Shown here in pieces: positions 9,434 through 19,170 of a stretch of DNA of 64,000 bases. A program made the translations under genes and the position numbers. Numbering within the stretch: the first letter of the stretch is position 1; each line of letters opens with the position of its first letter. The stretch covers positions 86,788-150,787 of the forward strand of contig CALHRZ010000003.1 of NCBI GenBank assembly GCA_938038445.1. Direction: 5' to 3'. Below the pieces are notes generated by a model that saw nothing but the letters and a program-made list of their open reading frames with translations, did not search any database and was not told the DNA's origin. The stretch comes from an uncultured bacterium. GTDB taxonomy: Bacteria > Verrucomicrobiota > Kiritimatiellia > CAIKKV01.

Positions 9434-10021
9434 ATGGCCGGATGGATTGTATTGATTGTTCTGGTGGTACTGGCCTTGTTGGGGGTCGGTTTATACAACC
9501 GTCTGGTGACGCTGCGGAACCGGTACAAGAATGCGTTTTCCCAGATTGACGTGCAGCTCAAGCGGCGGTATGACTTGATTCCCAATCTGGTCGAGACGGC
9601 CAAAGGGTATATCCAGCACGAGCGGGGAACGTTGGAGGCCGTGGTGGCGGCGAGGAACCAGGCGTTGGCGGCGGCGAAGGGGGCAGCGGCGAATCCAGGC
9701 GATCCTTCAACCATGCAGTCGCTTGTGGGGGCGGAAGGCGCTTTGATGGGTGCGATGTCCCGGTTATTGGCCGTTGTGGAACGGTATCCCGACCTCAAGG
9801 CGAATCAGACGATGGCCCTGCTGATGGAAGAGTTGACGTCTACGGAGAACAAGGTCGCCTTTGCGCGGCAGGCGTACAACGATGCCGTCATGGCCTACAA
9901 TACGGGGCGGGAGACTTTTCCGAATGTGATCGTGGCGAATCTTTTCGGATTCGGCCCGGCGCAACTTTTCGAGGTCGAGTCTCCCAGCGAGCGGCAGGCG
10001 CCTAAGGTTTCGTTCTCTTGA
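9434..10021 (+). CDS. lemA: LemA family protein
   Basis: N-terminal TM, YNRLV, IDVQLKRRYDLIPNLVE, ERYPDLKAN, TENKVAFARQAYND. Confidence 0.95.
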   Translation: MAGWIVLIVLVVLALLGVGLYNRLVTLRNRYKNAFSQIDVQLKRRYDLIPNLVETAKGYIQHERGTLEAVVAARNQALAAAKGAAANPGDPSTMQSLVGAEGALMGAMSRLLAVVERYPDLKANQTMALLMEELTSTENKVAFARQAYNDAVMAYNTGRETFPNVIVANLFGFGPAQLFEVESPSERQAPKVSFS

Positions 10022-10040
10022 AGGAAACGGGCGGGGGCGG

Positions 10041-12059
10041 ATGAACTTTTTCGAGTATCAGGAACAGGCTCAGCGGCGGACCGTTCTTTTGGTCTTTCTT
10101 TATGGTTTATCGGTGATTTCGATCGCCGTTGTGCTTTATCTAGTTCTGTTCTTCACGTTGTCCAAACTGGATGATCGGATGGCAGCGGAGGGGCGGCCGG
10201 GGCTGTTTTTGTGGACGTTTGTAGGGGTGATGGTGATCGTTGGGCTTGGGACCCTTTACAAGGTGCTCCAGCTTTCGCAGGGGGGATCCGTTGTGGCGAA
10301 GATGCTGGGTGGAAGGGCGGTTACCCCCGCGACGGAGGATCCTCTTGAACGCCGATTGGTCAACGTTGTGGAAGAAATGGCGCTGGCGTCAGGGACCCCG
10401 ATGCCCAAGGTATATGTCTTGGACCAAGAGCCGGGAATCAATGCGTTTGCGGCGGGCTTGGGAAAGCGGGATGCCGTGGTGGCCGTGACCCGTGGGGCGC
10501 TTGAACTGTTGAATCGGGATGAACTTCAGGGAGTGATCGCGCATGAATTCAGCCACATTCACAATGGCGACATGCGGTTGAACCTTCGTCTGATGGGGGT
10601 TCTGCATGGCATTCTTTTGTTGAGTTTGATCGGGTATTACACGATGCGCGTGACGAGCATCATGGGGCGGGGGCGAGGTTCGGGCCGTCGGGGGGGCAGG
10701 GAGGGGGGCGCAGTCGTTTTGGCGATTTTTCTTTTGGGACTTGTCTTATGGATTTTGGGGATGATCGGGGTTTTCTTTGCGAATTTGATCAAGAGCGCCG
10801 TTTCCCGGCAGCGGGAATATTTAGCGGATGCATCGGCGGTTCAGTTTACCCGGAACCCAGCCGGGTTGGCCAATGCCCTGAAGAAGATCGGCGCTTTGGG
10901 GAAAGCGGGCGCGATGCGTGCGGATCGGGCGCAGGAGGCGAGTCATCTCTTTTTTGCGGGTGGCTTGAGGGGAGGATTATTCAACCTTCTTTCCACACAT
11001 CCTCCTTTGATCAATCGGATTCGGCGGCTCGATCCGACCTTTACAGGGATTTTCGACCCGTCGGCGCCTCAGTTGGCGAATGCCTTGGGGGAAGAGGGGG
11101 GTGGAGACGGTGGCGGAAGGAAGGGACAAGGAGGTGGCGCTGGGGTGGCGAGTCTAAGCGGAACGGCGGCGAAGGTTCAACGCGCGAAAAAGGTCTCGGT
11201 GAGGGATTTTTCGCAAAAGAGCGGTGAATTTTCGGCGGCGGCGCTTCAGAAGATTTCGACGTTCCTGCAGGGGTTGCCGAAGCCGCTGCGGGAGGCGCTC
11301 CAGCGGCCTGGGGAAGCACCGGCGGTGATCTGGGCGTTGCTTTGTGCGGCGGCGGAGGAGCGTGGAGAAAAAGGCTATGGGGAGAGGATCGGAGCGGAAG
11401 AGGGGGTCCTGGTCAAGGAACGGGTGGCGGGTCTTGTTCCGTTTGTGATGCAGACTCCTCGTGGGGCCTGGATGATTGTGGCTGCGGCTGCGGTTCCGGC
11501 TTTGCGGGAGATGGCGCCGGAGGTTTATGCTCGATTTCGGCAAGGGGTTCAGGCGGTCATGGTTTCGGACGAACGGGTGACCCTTTTTGAGTATACGATG
11601 CTGCGGTTTTTGATCCGGCGGCTTGATGGCTATTTTGGGCTGGCGGTGCATCGGGAGGCGGCCAACGCGGATTTGGCCTCTTTTCGGCAGGAATGCGCGG
11701 TTTTGTTAGGGACGATTGCGCGCCTGGGGGCTGAGGGGGACGAGGCAAACGCGGCCGTTTCGTTTGCGGCTGGGTGGCGGGGGTTGGGATTGGGCGATGA
11801 GGAATTGCCATCAGCGGAGCGTTGCATTTTGGAGGAAGCGGATCAGGCGCTCGAACGGTTGGCCTTGCTCCGGCCGGCGGCAAAACAAATGTTATTGAAA
11901 GCATGTGAGTTATGTGTGGCCAAGGATGGAACTGTTACGGTGGACGAGGCGGATTTCCTTTATGCGGTTGCCGATGCGCTGGGGTGTTCCGTGCCGCCGA
12001 TTGCCCTTATGACAGGGAGCGAGGAGCAGGAGGATCAGGCCGCTGCGTTACGTGGATGA
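10041..12059 (+). CDS. M48 (HtpX-like) membrane zinc metalloprotease with a long C-terminal, possibly TerB-like, extension
   Basis: INAFAAG, HEFSH zinc motif, SRQREYLADA, STHPP. C-terminal 'CVAKDGTVTVDEADFLYAVADAL'. Confidence 0.88.
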   Translation: MNFFEYQEQAQRRTVLLVFLYGLSVISIAVVLYLVLFFTLSKLDDRMAAEGRPGLFLWTFVGVMVIVGLGTLYKVLQLSQGGSVVAKMLGGRAVTPATEDPLERRLVNVVEEMALASGTPMPKVYVLDQEPGINAFAAGLGKRDAVVAVTRGALELLNRDELQGVIAHEFSHIHNGDMRLNLRLMGVLHGILLLSLIGYYTMRVTSIMGRGRGSGRRGGREGGAVVLAIFLLGLVLWILGMIGVFFANLIKSAVSRQREYLADASAVQFTRNPAGLANALKKIGALGKAGAMRADRAQEASHLFFAGGLRGGLFNLLSTHPPLINRIRRLDPTFTGIFDPSAPQLANALGEEGGGDGGGRKGQGGGAGVASLSGTAAKVQRAKKVSVRDFSQKSGEFSAAALQKISTFLQGLPKPLREALQRPGEAPAVIWALLCAAAEERGEKGYGERIGAEEGVLVKERVAGLVPFVMQTPRGAWMIVAAAAVPALREMAPEVYARFRQGVQAVMVSDERVTLFEYTMLRFLIRRLDGYFGLAVHREAANADLASFRQECAVLLGTIARLGAEGDEANAAVSFAAGWRGLGLGDEELPSAERCILEEADQALERLALLRPAAKQMLLKACELCVAKDGTVTVDEADFLYAVADALGCSVPPIALMTGSEEQEDQAAALRG

Positions 12060-13078
12060 CGATGGGCGGCCAATTCGATGATGTGGCGGCCTAAAGCAGT
12101 GTAATCCCAACCGAATGCTTCCGCGGCGCAGGCGATGCTGGCATCGGCGCTGATATCGGCATTGGGGTTGACGTCCAGGATGTAGAACTGTCCATCCCGG
12201 AGGCGGAGATCGAGTCGGGCGTAATCGCGGCATTCGATGGCGCGATAGGCGGCGATGCAGACTGTTTCGAGGTTGGCCTTTTCTTCTTCCGAAAGAGGGG
12301 CGGGGAGGAGGGTTTGAATCTGCTGATAGTGCCGGGAAGCGGGATTGAATTTGGCTTCCCACGTGCAGAGTCTATCTCGGAAGTCGGAGAACTGTGTGAA
12401 GTCCATTTCGGCCGGAGGGAGCATTTGAAGGGCACCGTTTCCGATGAGTGCGACGTGGAATTCACGTCCGTCAATAAACTCTTCCACGAGGGCGGGTTGA
12501 TGAAAAGTGGAGAAAACCCATTCGACTTGTTTGGCCAGTTCGTCACGGTTTGGGACGATGGAATGGGAGGAGAGTCCGATGCTGCAGTGTTCGAAAGCGG
12601 CCTTCACAATAGCTGGAAATTGGGACCACTCTTCTAGTTCCTCTTTTTGTCGTATCAAACGGCCTTGGGGTACGGGGATTCGATGTGCCTGGAGGGTTTC
12701 CTTGACCCTGAGTTTATTTTGGCAGAGTTCCAGTACGGGGGGTGTGGAACCTGTATACGTAAAGCCGGCTGATTCGAGGATTTGGGCGACTTTTACTTCT
12801 CCATCCGGAACACCCGGAATCTCTTCACACCAATTGAAAACAATATGGTCGATAGGATCATAAGCGGATAGAACCTTATCAAAATTTGGGGAAACGATTG
12901 GAATTTTACGGACAGAAAACCCTGCCTGCTGAATTGCTTCAGCAAAAAGTTGTGTTTCTTTTTCGACCTCCTGCTTTTCTCTTTTTCTCCAATCTGGACT
13001 TAGATTATAGAGAAGGAGTATGGAGAGGGGTCTAAGATCTGTTTTTTTCAAAGTCGTTTTGTAAGTCATTTTCTCCAT
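12035..13078 (-). CDS. D-Ala-D-Ala ligase-like ATP-grasp protein
   Basis: VFNWCE, YTGS, IVKAAFEHCSIG, VEEFIDGREF, DYARLDLRL, ILDVNPN. Start uncertain (13078 or 13069); TTGACA at 13111-13116 on the minus strand. Confidence 0.82.
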   Translation of the reverse strand: MEKMTYKTTLKKTDLRPLSILLLYNLSPDWRKREKQEVEKETQLFAEAIQQAGFSVRKIPIVSPNFDKVLSAYDPIDHIVFNWCEEIPGVPDGEVKVAQILESAGFTYTGSTPPVLELCQNKLRVKETLQAHRIPVPQGRLIRQKEELEEWSQFPAIVKAAFEHCSIGLSSHSIVPNRDELAKQVEWVFSTFHQPALVEEFIDGREFHVALIGNGALQMLPPAEMDFTQFSDFRDRLCTWEAKFNPASRHYQQIQTLLPAPLSEEEKANLETVCIAAYRAIECRDYARLDLRLRDGQFYILDVNPNADISADASIACAAEAFGWDYTALGRHIIELAAHRHPRNAAA

Positions 13079-13288
13079 CCGCTTGTAATGATGAGGTAAA
13101 GCGATTATTATGTCAAGAGTAAATTGATATCGTAATAGTGGGACGCGTGATAAATACACAAAATAGCTCGTAAAATGCTATTATTATGAGTAACGCCTTA
13201 AAAAAAAACAAAAAAAATTTTTTTGTACTAAGGAAGGCAACGAAATGTGGAATTTAGGGAATGAGTCCCATAACATTGGGGTGAAATC

Positions 13289-14452
13289 TTAGAAGGCTTT
13301 GTGGGAACGAACAAAGGCAATAAGACATATCAAATAACAAGCCCATGAAATGTGGAGAAATGGACTGAGAGTTGTTTTTTCGATCAAAGGGCCGATGGTG
13401 ATGAGAAAGAGTCCTGCGAGTCCCCATGTACCGCCCACGATCCAACCCATGCGTTGGGAAAGGGACAAAGTGGAGGACGAGAAGCGGGCAAGCGTAACGA
13501 TCAAGGGAAAGGAGGGGTATAGGAAGAAGCCCGAGCCTCCCAAGAGAAAGCGGGCCCAATTCATGGGCGCGACAAAAAGATACAGAACGAGAAGGGGGAC
13601 ACCGATGGACAGAGAGAGAGTTAAAGAAAAACGGAAGCTGTAGCGGGAGGACAGAGCGCCCCAGAAGAGAGAGCCGATGGCGCCGCCGACTCCGAAGAGG
13701 AAAATACTTTGACCGCCGAAGGGGAGGGGGTGTCCGAGCTCGTGGAGTCGAGTCGGAAGCAGGTTGGTGATGATGAGAGAGGCCGTGGCGGCCGTCAATC
13801 CCATGCTGAAGACGGCTGAGAATGGAAGAGATGGTGGGCTTTTCAAGGCAGGGAGGGTTAAGGAGTTTTTCAAGGCAGGGGGAATGGTTTCGGTAGAAAG
13901 TCGGATTCCGGCGAGGGGCACCGCGAAGGCGGCTAGGATGGCTAGAGGAATGAGCGCAAGGAGTCCGAATAGTTGGAAGCGGTTTACCAGGGCGCTGGAG
14001 ACCCACGCGCCGCCGGCGAATCCGGCAAAGCCTCCGACCATAAAACAGGAAGTCGCGAAGGAGGGGGGAATTTGGTCTAAATGGTAGAGGGCTCTTAATC
14101 CGTTGGGGTGCACGAGGGCGATGCCGGCGCCTCCGGCGATCATCAAAAGGGTCATGAGGATCCAAGCCCAAGGGCCGGGTGGCACGAGAGCAACAAGGGG
14201 GATGAGTCCTGCGATCAGAAGTCCCGCCGTGATGGGCCATGGCTTTTCCCCTCGCAATGGAAGGTGGCCGGCGACGATCTGAAAACCGTTGCTGGAAAAG
14301 CCGAGCACGGTGATCAGGGCTAGCATGGAGGAGAGGGGCAGCTGAAAATGAGCCACGAGGATGGGCAGAATAGCGCCGAATAGGCCGCCGAGGAGATCGG
14401 CGGACATGTGGGCGAACACCAGGAGGAGAAGTTTTCCAATCTGTCGGAACAT
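13289..14452 (-). CDS. MFS transporter (Fsr-like)
   Basis: About 12 hydrophobic segments; AHMSAD..PIL, GIALVHP, FMVGGFAG. Confidence 0.8.
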   Translation of the reverse strand: MFRQIGKLLLLVFAHMSADLLGGLFGAILPILVAHFQLPLSSMLALITVLGFSSNGFQIVAGHLPLRGEKPWPITAGLLIAGLIPLVALVPPGPWAWILMTLLMIAGGAGIALVHPNGLRALYHLDQIPPSFATSCFMVGGFAGFAGGAWVSSALVNRFQLFGLLALIPLAILAAFAVPLAGIRLSTETIPPALKNSLTLPALKSPPSLPFSAVFSMGLTAATASLIITNLLPTRLHELGHPLPFGGQSIFLFGVGGAIGSLFWGALSSRYSFRFSLTLSLSIGVPLLVLYLFVAPMNWARFLLGGSGFFLYPSFPLIVTLARFSSSTLSLSQRMGWIVGGTWGLAGLFLITIGPLIEKTTLSPFLHISWACYLICLIAFVRSHKAF

Positions 14453-14570
14453 TGCGGGGGTGAGCTTGACGGGACGGATTGGCGCCGACAGGCGCTTTTG
14501 GGTTGGAGGAGGAAAGGAGGTATGGTAATTATTTGATGTTGTTTCGCAACGTTATTTTGGAGAATCCGAT

Positions 14571-16169
14571 ATGCGAAAGCATTGGGCGGATCCGATGGGG
14601 ACAGCCTCTGATTGGGCGGGGGTCGGTTCTTCCGTAGCGGTTTGGGCTTTAGGTTCTTGCGAGCAGCATGGACCCCATCTTCCGATTGCCCTTGACACGG
14701 TGATGGCCGACCATTTTGCCCGCGTGGTGGCGGAGGCACTGGAGGCGGCGCTTCTTCCGACGCTTCCGATGCTTCAGTGCGCGGAGCATAGCGGTTTTCG
14801 CGGCAGCATCGGGGTACGGCCCGAGACGGCAATGGCCTGGATTCGGGATGTTGCGGAATCCTTGGAGGCGCAGCATTTTCGGCGTTTGATTCTCCTGAAT
14901 GGTCATGGTGGGAATCAAGCGATTCCTCCCCTGGTGCGTGATTGGAACCGTGCCGATCGTCCTCTCAAAATTCTGCTGATGAACTGGTATGAATGGGACG
15001 ATTCGCCCGAGGGAATGGCGCTTCGGGAGGGCCAGCTTCATGCCGACGCCTGGGAAACTTCGGTGGCTCTGGCGCTGTGTCCCGATCGGGTTGGCGATTA
15101 TCGGTCGCTGGGTCCTGCTCGTTCTTCATGGCCGGTGCGGGTTTCGGATCTCAACCACTTCGGGATTTCAGCCCTTCGGCCGGAGGGGTACTGGGGCGAT
15201 CCTTCACGCGCCTCGGCCGTGGCCGGCTGGGCGATTGTGAGGTCCGTCGAAAAAAATCTCGTGGCGGCGATTCGGGAGCGTTTGGGCTGGCTCGAGCAGG
15301 AACCTCGCTACACGGGTGCGGGTTCATGGACGGTACGGTTGCTGCATCCTTTGGAGTTGCAGCAGGGGTGGCGGTTAGCCCGGGTGGCGGGATGGAACCA
15401 ACCGCTTGCGGATTGGGTGATGATTCAGGCGCTTTGGCCTGAAGGGGTGTGGGGTGCTGTGCGGAATGGGCAGGTGATCGGGACGACAGCCCTTGCCGTA
15501 TATGAAGCAAAACAGGCGTGGATTGCCATGGTGCTGGTGGATCCCAATTTTCGGCGAATGGGGATTGCGTCGGCGCTGGTGAAGCGGGCGTTGGAACATG
15601 CACCGGCGGGGGCGGTGGTTGGGCTGGATGCCACGCCGGAAGGCCGGGAAGTCTATCGCCGGTTGGGGTTTCATGAAGTGGGGGCGATTGATCGGTTTGC
15701 AATTCCTGCAGCGCCGGTTTCGGAACCCCCATCCGGCGTTCGGCCCATGACAGACGCTGACCTTGCAGCGGTGGCATTGCTGGATGCTCGGTTGTTCGGG
15801 GCTTCGCGATATCCACTTTTAACGCGTTTTTATTCGGGGTGTCCGCACTATGCTTTTGTGGCGGAACGGAACGGAAGCCTGACGGGTTTTGTGCTCGGGC
15901 GGCCGGGGGTATTGGCCGAGCATATCGGGCCGTTTGTAGCGGATGGGATTGAAACGGCCCGCGCGCTGGCGGGGGCGGCATTTCGCGCATTGGGGGGGCG
16001 GCCTGTTTATGTGGATGTGCCGGAAGGGGAAACCGCCTGGCGCGAATGGCTTATAGAGATCGGGTTTCGTGTGCACCGCCATTTTACCCGAATGACGGTG
16101 GGGGGCCGACCGCTTCCCCCTTCTGGGAGGATCCGCTTTTTGGGCATTGCGGGGCCGGAGTTCGGTTAG
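14571..16169 (+). CDS. Creatininase-family amidohydrolase fused to tandem GNAT acetyltransferase domains
   Basis: N-half has GSCEQHGPHLP..D, NGHGGN, HA..WETS and GDP. C-half has AGWNQ, MVLVDPNFRRMGIA, LDATPEGREVYRRLGF and HIGPFVA. Confidence 0.85.
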   Translation: MRKHWADPMGTASDWAGVGSSVAVWALGSCEQHGPHLPIALDTVMADHFARVVAEALEAALLPTLPMLQCAEHSGFRGSIGVRPETAMAWIRDVAESLEAQHFRRLILLNGHGGNQAIPPLVRDWNRADRPLKILLMNWYEWDDSPEGMALREGQLHADAWETSVALALCPDRVGDYRSLGPARSSWPVRVSDLNHFGISALRPEGYWGDPSRASAVAGWAIVRSVEKNLVAAIRERLGWLEQEPRYTGAGSWTVRLLHPLELQQGWRLARVAGWNQPLADWVMIQALWPEGVWGAVRNGQVIGTTALAVYEAKQAWIAMVLVDPNFRRMGIASALVKRALEHAPAGAVVGLDATPEGREVYRRLGFHEVGAIDRFAIPAAPVSEPPSGVRPMTDADLAAVALLDARLFGASRYPLLTRFYSGCPHYAFVAERNGSLTGFVLGRPGVLAEHIGPFVADGIETARALAGAAFRALGGRPVYVDVPEGETAWREWLIEIGFRVHRHFTRMTVGGRPLPPSGRIRFLGIAGPEFG

Positions 16170-17158
16170 GACGGGGAAGTGGTGCGGAGCATTCGTGAGG
16201 GGCGGATCTCAGGAACGATTCGATAGCGAGCGACTACGGCGGGCACCAACAACGTGGAGCCGAACGAAAGGCGGCGGGCATCCGCTTCCGTTTCGACCTG
16301 CGCCTTGCCCTCAAGGGTGAACAGGATATCGAATCGGTCTGTGGTTTTTGTAATCAGGACGGGCCCTGCGATTTCCAATTCTTCCAACTCGAAACAAGAG
16401 GTTGCCAAGCGCTTCCGGCGACGGCCGGCCCCATCGGGGATCCACGGGGTGGGTGGGACGGCTTGGGGGGGGTCCTCGTTCCAACGGAGGGAGGCGAGGG
16501 CTTCCTCGACGTGGAGGGCTCGTGGTTTTCCGGTTTGGGGGTCGGTACGATTCCAATCGTACAGACGGTAAACGGTATTGGAGTTTTGTTGGATTTCGAG
16601 AAAGAGGCAGCCGGCGCCGATGGCATGAACCCGTCCGGCCGGCACATCGAGAAGGTCACCTGGGTTTGGGTGGATGGGCTGGAGCCATTCGGCAAGGGTG
16701 CCGGTGGCAAGGGATGCGCGGAGGTGGGTCGGCGTTGCGCCGGGTTTGAGTCCCAGATAGCAGAGGGAATTCGGGGCGGCGTCGAGCACGTACCAGCATT
16801 CGGTTTTGGGTTCGCCGCCGAGGCGACGGGCGGCGTCGGCGTCGGGGTGAACCTGAACGCTGAGGGTTTGAGCGGCGTCGAGGATCTTAACCAAAAGGGG
16901 GAAAGCGGGGGCTGGGTGGCCGATGAGTTCGACGGCGTAGTTGCGGATGAGGCGTTGAAGCGGCTCTCCATCAAAGGGTCCGCCTTTGACGCGGCTCATG
17001 CCATCTGGGCGATCGGCGATTTCCCAAGACTCGGCGCAGCGGGCAAGGGGCGGTGAGGGACGGTTGAAGAGGGCGGGAATGCGCCTTCCGCCCCAGAGGT
17101 AATCTTTGTAAAGGGGGTGAAATTCGAACAGGATAGGCTGGAGGGACGGGGAAGGCAT
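16166..17158 (-). CDS. manA: Type I mannose-6-phosphate isomerase (cupin)
   Basis: LWGG, AESWE, FPLLVKILDA, LSVQVHP, KTECWY, PAGRVHAIG, EIQQNS..YRLYDW. Confidence 0.88.
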   Translation of the reverse strand: MPSPSLQPILFEFHPLYKDYLWGGRRIPALFNRPSPPLARCAESWEIADRPDGMSRVKGGPFDGEPLQRLIRNYAVELIGHPAPAFPLLVKILDAAQTLSVQVHPDADAARRLGGEPKTECWYVLDAAPNSLCYLGLKPGATPTHLRASLATGTLAEWLQPIHPNPGDLLDVPAGRVHAIGAGCLFLEIQQNSNTVYRLYDWNRTDPQTGKPRALHVEEALASLRWNEDPPQAVPPTPWIPDGAGRRRKRLATSCFELEELEIAGPVLITKTTDRFDILFTLEGKAQVETEADARRLSFGSTLLVPAVVARYRIVPEIRPSRMLRTTSPS

Positions 17159-17168
17159 GGGGGTGGCA

Positions 17169-18137
17169 TTACGAAGCGCCGGGGGGAGGGTAGTCGGGAT
17201 CTTTTTGGCACAATTCGAGGAAATTGCAGCGGCGGCAGAGGGCAAGGTCCTGACTGAGTTCCCAATCGGCCTGGGGCAATGGTTCATTGCGTTCGATATT
17301 CCCGTCCACAAGGTAATCGGCCATTTCCTCGACCGAACTCCGGATTCGTTCCTTGATTGCTTCGATGTCTTCCGCCGTGAACGTCAAGTGCCGGGTAACA
17401 CCTTCGGCGAGGTATTCAATAAAGACATCCACCTGTTCGGGGGGAATGTTGTGCTTGACCTGGGCCCAAAGACCGTACAGTGTGAGTTGTTCTTCGTGGT
17501 GTTCGCGGATTTTGCCGGCTTTCCAGTCGTGAATATGGAGGCGGGGGCCGACGCGGTAGGCGTAATCGGGAATGGCATAAATCTTGATCTTTTCAAACTC
17601 GAACGATTCGGGTTCGCCGCCGGATCCGACGATGGCGATTCGGATTTCATTTTCGGGGCGGACGTTCCGAAGGCGGGGCAGAACGTTTTGATGAAACTGT
17701 TCAATGCATCGGCGGCTTTGGACTTTGAGAGCGGCGATGATCTCCTGCTCTCGTTCGGGCGTCCATTCTCGGTAGTAGTGTTCACGGAGGGCGATGTAGC
17801 GTTTGGGGTTTTCGAGGTAGCGTTTGCGGCGGGATTCGGTCCAGGCCCGGTTGAGGTAGGGGCGAGCGGCGGCCTCATAGGCTTCGTCGGGTGTCGGGTT
17901 CAAGCCGGCTTGAGCGCGGCGGATGGTCCACACGACGGCTTCCTCGACGGCTCGGCCGAGGACTGACCAGGCGTTGTCCATTTTTGAAAGGCGGTAGGCA
18001 TCCTTGCGGAGCGAATCGGCAGTGGGTTCCCATCCGCCCCACATGGCATATTTGGCCCAATAGCGTTTGCGGCGGCAGATATCGAAATCTTCCGCTGCGC
18101 TAAACGACCAGGAAAAGGTGTTTTGGAGATCGGCCAT
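17169..18137 (-). CDS. PD-(D/E)XK nuclease family protein (Cas4/AddB-like)
   Basis: N-terminal SWSFS..C, catalytic IPD..HDWK, QLTLY, C-terminal CRRCNFLELC. Upstream promoter TTGCCC-17-TAAACT. Confidence 0.82.
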   Translation of the reverse strand: MADLQNTFSWSFSAAEDFDICRRKRYWAKYAMWGGWEPTADSLRKDAYRLSKMDNAWSVLGRAVEEAVVWTIRRAQAGLNPTPDEAYEAAARPYLNRAWTESRRKRYLENPKRYIALREHYYREWTPEREQEIIAALKVQSRRCIEQFHQNVLPRLRNVRPENEIRIAIVGSGGEPESFEFEKIKIYAIPDYAYRVGPRLHIHDWKAGKIREHHEEQLTLYGLWAQVKHNIPPEQVDVFIEYLAEGVTRHLTFTAEDIEAIKERIRSSVEEMADYLVDGNIERNEPLPQADWELSQDLALCRRCNFLELCQKDPDYPPPGAS

Positions 18138-18269
18138 GGCGAAATGTTTTTCGATTTTCGAAGGGCCAGTTTAGCGAACGCGGAAAGGCGGGGCAAGTGA
18201 TGAAAGCTGCAGGATTCGGGGGAGGGATTCGGATTTGCGCGAAAGGGGGCTCTGGAGTAATATGAGAGC

Positions 18270-19133
18270 ATGGTTGGAACTGACAGGACGCGGGAAGAGG
18301 CGCCGAGCCTTACGTTTCACCTCGGGCCGGACGAAACGGATTATTCGCTTGAGCTGTTTCGGCAGCTGGAGCCGGCGCAGGTCAGGGCCGACCACTTGAT
18401 TCGGCTGCTTCGGCCTCGGCGCGGCGAACGGTACTTGGATTTCAATGCCGGAGAAGCGGCGGTGAGCCACCGGTTGTCCGCCAGCGGGGGAGAGTGGGAA
18501 GCGCTGGCGTGGACGCCGTCGGCGATGGAGGCGCGGCAACGGTTTTTAGACAAGGTGCAGTTATTTCGAGGACTTCCGTTACCGTTTGAGGCGGGGACCT
18601 TTGACGGGGTGGTTTGGACGGATGTTTTGCATCGGTTGCCGGAGCCGGGAGAGTGGGTGGTGGAATGTCATCGGATTCTCAAACCGGGCGGACGGTGGGT
18701 GGTTGAAGTTCCTTTTTTCCGTCCGTTTTCTCCTTTGAGAGCCCTTCAGAAGGGGCTTCCGGGTTTTTACGTGGGGGATTTGTTTCAGCCGGGGTTTACG
18801 ATGCGGAGCTTGTTCGAACTGCTGAAGTGTGGTTTTGACGTTCATACGGTCGTGCCTTACAGCCGTTTTTTCATGACGCTGGCCGATCTTTTGCTTCAAC
18901 GGGCGGTGCGCGATGCCCGTCTCCGTTCGGACAGCCGCCGGCGAATCCGAAGGCTTTATGCGATCGCCTTTCCTTTCTTTCGGGCGGCGGCGTTTTTGGA
19001 CGGGTTGATGATCTTTTCCCGAGGCTATCGTCTGGCGGTGTTCGCGCGGCGTCACGTGTGGCGGGACCGGGGTCCGGCGGGTCGTTTTTTGGGAAAGCCT
19101 CTGGCGGCGCAGGTTGTTCGTCCCATTCGATAA
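18270..19133 (+). CDS. Class I SAM-dependent methyltransferase-like protein
   Basis: YLDFNAG (degenerate motif I), LPFEAGTFDGV, VLH, RILKPGG. Confidence 0.7.
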   Translation: MVGTDRTREEAPSLTFHLGPDETDYSLELFRQLEPAQVRADHLIRLLRPRRGERYLDFNAGEAAVSHRLSASGGEWEALAWTPSAMEARQRFLDKVQLFRGLPLPFEAGTFDGVVWTDVLHRLPEPGEWVVECHRILKPGGRWVVEVPFFRPFSPLRALQKGLPGFYVGDLFQPGFTMRSLFELLKCGFDVHTVVPYSRFFMTLADLLLQRAVRDARLRSDSRRRIRRLYAIAFPFFRAAAFLDGLMIFSRGYRLAVFARRHVWRDRGPAGRFLGKPLAAQVVRPIR

Positions 19134-19170
19134 AAGAAACAATACGAGGTCCATTGCTTTGGAGAAACCC

